Shown here piece after piece: positions 27,949-34,971 of a DNA stretch of 34,971 nucleotides. This DNA comes from Anaerolineae bacterium (GTDB lineage: Bacteria > Chloroflexota > Anaerolineae > S140-20), in NCBI GenBank assembly GCA_027021705.1, contig JALUTT010000097.1:1-34971 (forward strand), in the 5' to 3' direction. The notes below the pieces were generated by a model. That model was not told the DNA's origin. It did not search any database and was given only the letters and a program-made list of their open reading frames with translations. A program made the translations under genes and the position numbers. Position 1 is the stretch's first letter. Each line of letters opens with the position of its first letter.

Positions 27949-28094
27949 GTGCACCACGCGAGCTCACGCCTCTCCTGGAGCCTTTGGCTGCGTTGCAGCG
28001 GCTGTTGGATCGCTTCGGCGAGCGGGGAATGATCATCGGCGGTGTTGCGGCCAGCTTGCTGGGGAGGCCCCGCCTAACTGATGTAGGTGGCTGA
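27945..28094 (+). pseudogene. Truncated nucleotidyltransferase (Pol-beta superfamily, GG.A....G.PR.T.D.D type)
   Basis: MSAPRELTPLLEPLAALQRLLDRFGERGMIIGGVAASLLGRPRLTDVGG*; it breaks off at the catalytic DxD. Confidence 0.75.
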
Positions 28095-28261
28095 CCTCTC
28101 GCGTTGAGCAGGCAAAAGGGGAGGCAATTTGTCAAATTGCCCTACGCCTACGCCTTCTTCCGGTGACGCTTTGTGTTCTTGGTGGCCTTGGTGCCCTTCG
28201 TGCTCTGCGTGCGCCGGCCCGATGCGCGGCGCTGAATCCCCGCTGAAGGGGCATCCCCCAA

Positions 28262-28615
28262 GCCGCGCGGGGCTAACCCCCCACGCTGAGAGGGGGAAAG
28301 CCCCCTGGGGGGCTGGGGAGCTCAGCCCGGAGGGCTTCCCCCTTCTCAGCCCGAGGCTTCAGCCTCGGGCGGGGTGGGGCGGAACCCCTTCGGCGGGGGA
28401 GTTCCCGGCGGTCCGCCGTCGGTCGTCGGCGGTCCCTTTACCTCTACCTCTTGCCTGCTTGGTCAGGTAGTCCTCGGCCCTCAGCCCTCAGTACCTCGGC
28501 CTTCGGCCCTCGGTGCCTCAGCCCCCTGCCCTCAGTGCCTCGGCCCTCAGTCCGCCGCCAGGCCGCTAAGCCGCCAGGTCGCCAAGCCGCTTGGTCGGCG
28601 GTCTGCTAACAGCCG
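28262..28615. repeat. REP-like hairpins plus 7/8-mer tandem arrays
   Basis: GCCCGAGGCTTCAGCCTCGGGC palindrome; GCTGAGAGGGGGAAAGCC...GGCTTCCCCCTTCTCAGC hairpin; CCTCAGT/CCTCGGC and AGCCGCC arrays. Confidence 0.75.
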
Positions 28616-28621
28616 GGCGTC

Positions 28622-29575
28622 TCAGCTCCGACCCCGTGTTCGCTGGCGCAGGAAAGCCTCGATGGTGGCGGGACCGTCGTAGCGGTAGCGGAAGCCGGTG
28701 ACCCGCGTCACCTTGCTGCCATCGGCGGTCCAGGAGTACCGGATGTAGTCGAGCATCGCCGGCGGGGCCTCGCTCAGCCAGCGCAGCCGTAGCTTCCAGG
28801 CCAGTCCGGCCAGGGGGTAGAGCAGGCCCGGCGGTAGGGCGACGACCCGGGTGCCCGCCCGGTGGCTGACCTCCCGCAGGCGCACCGGGTTGGGAGCGCT
28901 CAGGTTGTAGGCTCCCGCCGGCGCCTCGAAGAGAAGGCGGGCCTTCGCCTCGGCCACGTCGTCCTCGTGCACCAGGGGGACGAGGGGATCGGTGCCCCGC
29001 GCGATGAACATCACGGGCCGCTCCAGGAAGCGGGAGAGGAAGTTGTTGACGTTGGGGCCGGCCACGACGACGGCCCGCGTGATCAGGACCCGGCAGTCGG
29101 GGTGTTCCTTCGCGTACCGAGCGGTCAGCGCCTCCATAGCCAGCTTGTCCTCGACGTAGGGGAAGCCGGGCTTGCCCCGCAGCGGGCTCTCCTCGGTCAG
29201 GAAGGGCGGGTTGTCCGGCCAGGCACCGTAGACGGTGGCGCTGCTGGCCATCAGCAGGGTCTCGACGCCGGCGGCGTGGCAGGCCGCCAGGAAGTTCTCC
29301 GTGCCCCCCACGTTGATGCGCCGCTCCCGCTCCCGGTCGTGGATCGGGTTCACCAGAAAGGCCAGGTGGACCGCCGTATCTATCCCGTGGGCGGTGAAGA
29401 GCTCCTCCATCGGGCGGGTGACGTCGTGCTCGACGAAGGTCACCTTGGGGGAGGGGGAGGGGAGGGGGCGGATGTCCAGGGCCAGGACCCGCTCGACGGT
29501 CGGCTCCGCCTCCAGCCGGGCCAGCAGCCGCTGTCCGATGTAGCCGGAAGCGCCGGTGATGGCAATCCTCTTCAT
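28622..29575 (-). CDS. NAD-dependent epimerase/dehydratase (extended SDR)
   Basis: ITGASGYIG, HLAF, NVGGT, SSATVYG, YVEDK (YxxxK) and VHEDDVA motifs. Confidence 0.9.
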   Translation of the reverse strand: MKRIAITGASGYIGQRLLARLEAEPTVERVLALDIRPLPSPSPKVTFVEHDVTRPMEELFTAHGIDTAVHLAFLVNPIHDRERERRINVGGTENFLAACHAAGVETLLMASSATVYGAWPDNPPFLTEESPLRGKPGFPYVEDKLAMEALTARYAKEHPDCRVLITRAVVVAGPNVNNFLSRFLERPVMFIARGTDPLVPLVHEDDVAEAKARLLFEAPAGAYNLSAPNPVRLREVSHRAGTRVVALPPGLLYPLAGLAWKLRLRWLSEAPPAMLDYIRYSWTADGSKVTRVTGFRYRYDGPATIEAFLRQRTRGRS

Positions 29576-29595
29576 GGGTTCCCCCTTAGAGCTGC

Positions 29596-30567
29596 CTACC
29601 AGGCATACGCTTCAGGGGCCTCGCCGCCAGGGCCAGGCCAGATCTCGTCCAGCCGCGCCAACACCTCGTCGGAGAGGCGGATCTCCAAGGCCCGCATGCT
29701 GCTCTCCAGTTGCTCCAACGTGCGTGGCCCGATGATGGGCGCGGTGACGTCGGGGTTGTGCAGCAGCCAGGCCAGGGCCACGTCGGCCGGCCTCTCCCCT
29801 AGCTCCCGGCAAAGCGACTCGTAAGCTTCCAGTTGGGTCCGATGGCGTTCCACCGCCTCCTGCACCCGCTTCGAGGCCCGTCGGCCCTCCTTGACCTTCC
29901 GCAGGGCGCCGGCCAGCATCCCCCCCGCCAGCGGGCTCCAGGGGAGCACCCCCAGCCCGTAGGCGCGGCAGGCGGGGATCACCTCCAGCTCGATGGTCCG
30001 GGCGCTGAGGTTGTAGAGGCTCTGCTCCGAGACCAACCCCATAAAGTGGCGCTCGGCGGCGGCGCACTGGGCCTGGGCGATGTGCCAGCCGGCGAAGTTG
30101 CTGCTCCCCACGTAGAGCACCTTCCCTTCCCGCACCAACTGCTCCATCGCCTGCCAGATCTCCTCCCAGGGCGTCTCCCGGTCCACGTGGTGCATCTGGT
30201 AGAGGTCAATGTGGTCCGTCTGGAGGCGGCGCAGGCTCTCCTCGCAGGCCCGCCGGATGTGGTAGGCGGAGAGCCCCCGGTCGTTGGGGCCGTCGCCCAT
30301 AGCCCCGTAGACCTTGGTGGCCAGGACAATCTGCTCCCGGCGACCGCCCCCCTGGGCCAGCCAGCGGCCGATGATCTGCTCGGTGACCCCCTCACCTCGC
30401 CGCCAGCCGTAGACGTTGGCGGTGTCGAAGAAGTTGATCCCCAACTCCAGCGCCCGGTCCATGATGGCGAAGCTGTCGGCCTCGCTCGTCTCGGGGCCGA
30501 AGTTCATCGTTCCCAGGCAGAGCCGGCTGACCTTGAGGCCGGTGCGGCCAAGGCGTGTGTACTCCAT
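29596..30567 (-). CDS. Aldo/keto reductase
   Basis: LGRTGLKVSRLCLGTMNFG, FFDTANVYG, LATK, DLYQMH, GSSN and PWSPLAGG motifs. Confidence 0.95.
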   Translation of the reverse strand: MEYTRLGRTGLKVSRLCLGTMNFGPETSEADSFAIMDRALELGINFFDTANVYGWRRGEGVTEQIIGRWLAQGGGRREQIVLATKVYGAMGDGPNDRGLSAYHIRRACEESLRRLQTDHIDLYQMHHVDRETPWEEIWQAMEQLVREGKVLYVGSSNFAGWHIAQAQCAAAERHFMGLVSEQSLYNLSARTIELEVIPACRAYGLGVLPWSPLAGGMLAGALRKVKEGRRASKRVQEAVERHRTQLEAYESLCRELGERPADVALAWLLHNPDVTAPIIGPRTLEQLESSMRALEIRLSDEVLARLDEIWPGPGGEAPEAYAW

Positions 30568-30614
30568 CGCGCTCCTCCCACAGGCGAGGTGGAATCCATC
30601 GTCCGTCTGATGAG

Positions 30615-30643
30615 ATGGTAACGGAAAACGGGGTTCCTGTCAA
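30615..30643 (-). promoter_or_regulatory. sigma70 promoter for the AKR-epimerase operon
   Basis: TTGACA - 17 bp - TACCAT on the minus strand. Confidence 0.75.
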
Positions 30644-30654
30644 GGGGATTGGGG

Positions 30655-30809
30655 CGGTGATTACCCACAAGTGGGCGAGGGAGTGGTCCGTAGCAGGCCG
30701 TCCACGAATTTCCCACGAATACACGAATGAGGCGGTCCTTCATTCGTGTATTCGTGCCCCATTCGTGGACGGCTGGTCCCCCTATCTCCAAAGATGCGGG
30801 TAATCACCG
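30655..30809. mobile_element. MITE-like element family B, copy 1 (~155 bp)
   Basis: TIR CGGTGATTACCC/GGGTAATCACCG with an internal CACGAAT-repeat hairpin; it is the reverse complement of 32289-32442. Confidence 0.8.
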
Positions 30810-30901
30810 GGATTTGGCCGGTGATCGCCCCCCGGGGAACCGTGGTGAGCTGTCCACGAAGGAACGCGAAGGCACGCGAATGGGAGCGGGTTGGATAGGA
30901 A

Positions 30902-30933
30902 AGCAGGAGGCTCGCTTCGATGAGCCTCCTGCT
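30902..30933 (-). terminator. Probable terminator after the creatininase-family gene
   Basis: 12 bp stem AGCAGGAGGCTC/GAGCCTCCTGCT with a short T run on the minus strand. Confidence 0.6.
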
Positions 30934-30963
30934 CGATTCCAACGGGTTGCCGTTCCGGGCCGA

Positions 30964-32091
30964 TCAGAGTTCCGTGCCCTGCCCGATGCGAGGCAGCGCG
31001 TAGACCGGCTTCCAGCCGGGGCTGAGGGGCTCGCGCAGGAAGGGCTCCATCTCCTCGGCCGTGCGCAGCGTCACCTCCTCGACCGGCGGCACCGTCCCCG
31101 GCGGGAAGGCTTCCAGGATCTGGTCGTTGAGGAGGGTCAGGTAGCGGAGGATCGCCGCCAGGGGGCGCTTTGCCTTCTGGGGATCGCCCAGCGTCGCCTT
31201 CCCCACCACCCCCTCCGGCGTGGCCGCGATCTCGATGGCGAAGTGGCCCTCCCCCTCTGACCAGCGGCTGGGCCGGCCAAAGGGGTCCACCGACTTGTCG
31301 AAGTGGCCCTCCGGCAGGTAGCTCTTCCCCTGGGTGTCCACGGCGTACTCCATATCCACCATCTCCGGGAAGAGGAGCAGCCCGATGGAGGTCTCCGACT
31401 CGTCGGCGTGGACGAAGTTGGTCTCCCACGGCCCACCCCGCTCCTTGGTGCGGAAGAACTCGCGCACCGCCCGATGCCAGTCAATCACCCGAAAGATGCC
31501 GGGGAGCTGGTAGCGCTTCTGGAACTGCTGGATCGCCGACTCCAGCACCCAGAGGTGGCCGTGGTTGTTGATGATGATCTGCTTGCGGAAGCCATCGTTC
31601 CAGAGGCCCAGCATCACGTCAATCATCAGCTCCCGCACCACGTTCTCCCGGACGACCACGGTGCCCGGCATCCCCAGGTGGTGGTAGGGATGGGCCCCGT
31701 AGTTGAGGGGAGGTAGTGCCAGGTTGACCGGTGCACCCCGCTTGGCGGTGTAGCGGCGCACCCCCTCGACGATGGCGCTGACGAAGAGGGTGTCCATCGC
31801 GCTCACCGTGTGCAGGCCGTGGTTCTCGGTGCAGCCCACGGGGATGAAGACGATGTCGTTCTTGCGCCGGTTCTCGATGAGCTGATGGCGGGGCGTCGTC
31901 TGGATGTAGGAGCCCGGCTTGGCCCACTCGATGGGGGAGGGGATGCCGTACTCGGCCAGGATGGCGTCAATCTCCTCGTCGCTGGCTTCCCAGATTTCCT
32001 TCTTCAGACGACCGACGGTGTTGTCCTCGAAGAAGAGGTCTGGCCGATCCGTGGCCAGCCATCCCGCAGGGGCCTTCCCATTGTCTGCCAT
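30964..32091 (-). CDS. Creatininase-family hydrolase, IolN (3-dehydro-scyllo-inosose hydrolase)-like
   Basis: SD AAAGGAG; P.G.TENHG.H....D, NNHG and HADE.ETS metal motifs. HPYHH.GMPGT, GGP.ET.F.HADE and PEGVVGKATL segments recall Thermotoga IolN. Confidence 0.85.
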   Translation of the reverse strand: MADNGKAPAGWLATDRPDLFFEDNTVGRLKKEIWEASDEEIDAILAEYGIPSPIEWAKPGSYIQTTPRHQLIENRRKNDIVFIPVGCTENHGLHTVSAMDTLFVSAIVEGVRRYTAKRGAPVNLALPPLNYGAHPYHHLGMPGTVVVRENVVRELMIDVMLGLWNDGFRKQIIINNHGHLWVLESAIQQFQKRYQLPGIFRVIDWHRAVREFFRTKERGGPWETNFVHADESETSIGLLLFPEMVDMEYAVDTQGKSYLPEGHFDKSVDPFGRPSRWSEGEGHFAIEIAATPEGVVGKATLGDPQKAKRPLAAILRYLTLLNDQILEAFPPGTVPPVEEVTLRTAEEMEPFLREPLSPGWKPVYALPRIGQGTEL

Positions 32092-32247
32092 CGTTCTACT
32101 CCTTTCTGCTGTGCTCCAACCTCTCCTGGCAGGCGAGCCGCTCTGCCTGTCCAGGCCCGGCACCAAAGATGAGGGACGCGGAGCGGGCGCTCCACCTTTT
32201 TCTAAGATGACGCTCAGTGTTTTGCACACGTGTGCATCCCGAGGCCA

Positions 32248-32276
32248 AGTATAGCACACCTCCTACCGTTTGTCAA
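32248..32276 (-). promoter_or_regulatory. sigma70 promoter for the creatininase-family gene
   Basis: TTGACA - 17 bp - TATACT with an extended TGn -10. Confidence 0.85.
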
Positions 32277-32288
32277 CGGAGATGTGAG

Positions 32289-32443
32289 CGGTGATTACCC
32301 ACATCCTGGAGACAGGGAGACTAGCCGTCCACAAATGGGGCACGAATACACGAATTAAGGACCGCCTCATTCGTGCATTTGTGAGAAATTCGTGGACGGC
32401 CCGCTACGGACCACTCTCTCGCTCACTTGTGGGTGATCACCGC
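32289..32443. mobile_element. MITE-like element family B, copy 2, with target-site duplication
   Basis: TIR CGGTGATTACCCACA/TGTGGGTGATCACCG, flanked by the direct repeat AGATGTGAG (32280-32288 and 32444-32452). Confidence 0.82.
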
Positions 32444-32473
32444 AGATGTGAGTGATCACCAGCCCTGTCCACC

Positions 32474-32501
32474 TTGACCCTATCCCCTTCTTGGGTATAC
32501 T
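32474..32501 (+). promoter_or_regulatory. sigma70 promoter giving a near-leaderless transcript
   Basis: TTGACC - 16 bp - TATACT; ATG only 9 nt after the -10 box and no SD. Confidence 0.65.
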
Positions 32502-32510
32502 TACGGCGCT

Positions 32511-34784
32511 ATGGCCGTTTCACACTTCCGCCTACCGCGCCGACTGGGATTGCTGGTCCTGGGGGCGGCGCTGGCCTCCCTGGCCCTGACCGCCTACGCG
32601 GTTCAGCAGCGCCTGCCCCCCGCCAAGGGAACCCTGTACCTGGTCGGCCCCTCCGGCCCCATCACCGTCGTCCGTGACGCCCACGGCGTTCCCCACATCT
32701 ATGCCCAGACGCCCGAGGACCTCTTCTTCGCCCAGGGCTACGTGGCTGCTCAGGACCGGCTGTGGGCGATGGACCTACGCCGACGTCAGGCCCAGGGCCG
32801 GCTGGCCGAGCTCCTCGGCCCCCGCTACCGGGATGAGGACCGCTGGATGCGGACCCTCGACCTGACGGCCTCGGCCCGGCGGGCCTGGACTCGGCTGGAT
32901 GAGGAGACCCGCCAAGCCCTCACCGCCTACGCCCAGGGGGTCAACGCCTGCCTGGAGGAGTGCTCTCCCCCCCTGGAGAGCCAGTTGCTCCAGCTTCCCG
33001 CTCTCCTCCCCCTCCCCAGCGCGGCAACGCCCCTCCCCATCGCGCCCTGGGAGCCCAACGACAGCCTGCTCCTCCTGCTCCACCTGGCCTGGGAGCGGGA
33101 CGACAACGGGGCCTGGGATTTGCTGCGCGGAGCTCTCGTCGCCCGCTTGGGCGCGGAGCGGGCCTCGGAGCTCTTCCCCAACGCTCCTCCCCTGAGCCCT
33201 GCCCTCACCTCCCTCCCCGCCCTCCCGGCCACCTGGCCCCTCCCCTTGCTCTGGGATGGGGGCTGGGCTGTGGACGGCAGTCGGACCGCCGGCGGGGTGC
33301 CCCTCCTGGCGATGGACCTGGCCGCCCCACCCACCCTCCCCTCCCCTTGGTACGTGGTCGGCCTGCACGGAGGCGGCTACCAGGTGGTCGGGGCCTCGCT
33401 GCCCGGACTGCCCGGCGTGCTGGCCGGCCACAACGACCGGATCGCCTGGGGGCTGGCGACCGGCCCCGGGGACGACCAGGACCTCTACCTGGAGTGGGTG
33501 GACTGGGAGAGGGAACGGGTCTGGACGGGGACGGCCTGGCGGCCGTTGCGCCGCCGGGAGGAGCGGATCACCGTGGCGGGCGAGCCGGCTCCCTCCCTCC
33601 TCACCGTCTACGAGACGGCCCACGGCCCGCTGATCCAGGGGCTGCTGGGGGAGGAGGCCCCTCCCCTGGCCCTCCGCTGGGCAGCCCGCGACGGCGGTCA
33701 GGGAATGCAGGCCCTTCTGGCCCTGAACCGGGCCACCACCTGGTCCGACTTCCGGCGGGCGCTGGCCGCCTGGGACCTCTGGCCGGTGACCGCTCTCTAC
33801 GCCGACCGAGAGGGACGGATCGGCTGGCAGCGGGCGGGACGGCTGCCCCGGCGCGCTTGCGACGGTCGGCTTCCCCTCCCCGGCGACGATCCGGCCTGCG
33901 ACTGGCAGGGCTTCCTGGCCCCGGAGGAACTGCCGGGCCGCCTGGCCCCCGACGGCGGCATCGTGGTGGCCCTGCCCGGCCCCCAGCAGCGCCGGGAACG
34001 GTTACAGGAGCTCCTCGCCCGTTCCCCTTCCCTCTCCCTCCGGGAAGCCCAGGCCGTCGCCAGCGACCTCTACCCGCCGGCCGCCTCCTGGCTCCTCCCC
34101 GCGCTGCTGCGGCTGGAGCCCCAGGGGTGGCGACAGGAGCGGGTGACGGCCTGGCTGCAGGAGTGGGAGCCCACGATGGAGGCCGAGGACCCGGGGGCCG
34201 CCTTCCTGGCCGTCTACCGGCTGGAGCTGGCCCGGGCCATCCTGGCCGACGATCTGGGGGAGGACCTCTTCACCGCCTACGCCGCCTCGACCGCCTACCA
34301 CGATTTCCTGGCCGCGCTGATCGAGGACCCGCAGGCGGCCTGGTGGGAGGATCGCACGACGCCGGCGCGGGAGAGCGCAGAGGAGGTCCAGCGCCGGGCC
34401 TACGAGGCCGCCCTGGAGTGGCTGGGACGGCACTACGGCGACCTCCACCTCCTCTGGCGCTGGGACGCGCTCCACGGAGAGACGCTTCGCCATCCCTTGG
34501 GGGAGGTGGAGCAGCCGGGGACATCGTTGCTGAACCGGCGGGCGGAGCTGAAGGGGGATGCGACGACGGTCTGGGCGAGCCCCGGCCGCGATGGGGAGAG
34601 CTACCAGGCCGTCGCCCTGGCCGGCTACCGCCAGATCGTCCGCCTGACCGAGCCGCCGGTCCTGTGGGCCGCCCTGCTGCCCGGCCAGTCGGGCCATCCC
34701 TTGCATTCCCACTACGCCGATCTGGTGGACGACTGGCTGGAGGGGAGCTTCTTCGCCCTCACCCCTCCACCGCCAGCGCCCTAG
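32511..34784 (+). CDS. Penicillin acylase (Ntn-hydrolase, S45) family protein, catalytic residues degenerate
   Basis: N-terminal TM helix; RD.HGVPHIYA, FAQGYV.AQDRLW.MD, G.SLPG.PG...GHN..IAWG, T.HGP and PGQSGHP...HY.D motifs. Confidence 0.88.
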   Translation: MAVSHFRLPRRLGLLVLGAALASLALTAYAVQQRLPPAKGTLYLVGPSGPITVVRDAHGVPHIYAQTPEDLFFAQGYVAAQDRLWAMDLRRRQAQGRLAELLGPRYRDEDRWMRTLDLTASARRAWTRLDEETRQALTAYAQGVNACLEECSPPLESQLLQLPALLPLPSAATPLPIAPWEPNDSLLLLLHLAWERDDNGAWDLLRGALVARLGAERASELFPNAPPLSPALTSLPALPATWPLPLLWDGGWAVDGSRTAGGVPLLAMDLAAPPTLPSPWYVVGLHGGGYQVVGASLPGLPGVLAGHNDRIAWGLATGPGDDQDLYLEWVDWERERVWTGTAWRPLRRREERITVAGEPAPSLLTVYETAHGPLIQGLLGEEAPPLALRWAARDGGQGMQALLALNRATTWSDFRRALAAWDLWPVTALYADREGRIGWQRAGRLPRRACDGRLPLPGDDPACDWQGFLAPEELPGRLAPDGGIVVALPGPQQRRERLQELLARSPSLSLREAQAVASDLYPPAASWLLPALLRLEPQGWRQERVTAWLQEWEPTMEAEDPGAAFLAVYRLELARAILADDLGEDLFTAYAASTAYHDFLAALIEDPQAAWWEDRTTPARESAEEVQRRAYEAALEWLGRHYGDLHLLWRWDALHGETLRHPLGEVEQPGTSLLNRRAELKGDATTVWASPGRDGESYQAVALAGYRQIVRLTEPPVLWAALLPGQSGHPLHSHYADLVDDWLEGSFFALTPPPPAP

Positions 34785-34806
34785 GGGGCGGGCGGCAAGG
34801 CACGTC

Positions 34807-34841
34807 ATCCTCCCGCAGGTCACGCGGAACCTGCGGGGGGT
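34807..34841. mobile_element. Internally deleted copy of MITE-like family A (hairpin)
   Basis: ATCCTCCCGCAGGTCACGC-GGAACCTGCGGGGGGT joins the left and right ends of the 22911 copy. Confidence 0.65.
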
Positions 34842-34863
34842 CCGTTAGTACAGCTTTGCACAA

Positions 34864-34971
34864 GTTCGTTCCTAGTAAGGATGGGTAAGCGAACCGGTGA
34901 GAGGCAGGCTCAGTGCAAACCGGCCACGCTTCCGACCTGCCTCAAGCGTCCACGGAAGGCACGATGGGAGC
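34864..34971 (+). ncRNA. Structured cis-RNA, probable cspA-type cold-shock 5' UTR (truncated by window edge)
   Basis: Ordered motifs TAGTAAGG, AGTGCA, ACGCTTC and CGGAAGGCAC match the recalled E. coli cspA leader, including its upstream box GCCGAAAGGCACA. Several helices and a loop-loop pairing are possible. Confidence 0.55.

Larger units (their letters stand above)
27514..28258 (+). repeat. Three direct copies of a 9-mer-periodic (CCTTGGTGN) repeat element bracketing a small cassette
   Basis: Copies at about 27514-27600, 27660-27713 and 28159-28258. 27660-27713 and 28159-28212 match at 47/54 positions. A GGTCGGC heptamer array lies at 27604-27643. Confidence 0.85.

Noticed and set aside
32960..34888. 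642 aa alternative-frame ORF within the acylase gene
   Set aside because: Low-complexity Pro/Gly/Arg-rich translation typical of off-frame GC-rich DNA; no sign of a frameshift in the acylase.
34864..34971. Known riboswitch or ribozyme (cobalamin, c-di-GMP-II, SAH, pistol)
   Set aside because: Only short partial motif matches, with core consensus elements missing; the cspA-like leader fits better.

Overview
High-GC bacterial chromosomal segment whose gene style resembles Chloroflexota/Anaerolineae (inference). In order, it holds: the 3' part of hypD; a LacI-regulated sugar operon (GH65 phosphorylase fused to beta-phosphoglucomutase, a lipoprotein substrate-binding protein with two nucleotide-identical domains, two ABC permeases); GH130, an RsmF-like methyltransferase, DUF4446, bactofilin and an EamA transporter; two tandem GltD/NfnB-like flavo-Fe-S oxidoreductases; an acyl-CoA dehydrogenase-etfB-etfA operon; SRPBCC and DUF5666 proteins; an atypical P1B ATPase; an epimerase, an aldo/keto reductase, an IolN-like creatininase-family hydrolase and a penicillin-acylase homolog lacking its nucleophile. 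The intergenic DNA is unusually busy: two MITE-like families, REP-like hairpins, 7-9 bp tandem repeat arrays, three decayed toxin-antitoxin-like cassettes (one bracketed by direct repeats), many near-consensus sigma70 promoters, and a probable cspA-type structured leader at the right edge. No transposase, CRISPR array, rRNA or tRNA was seen.
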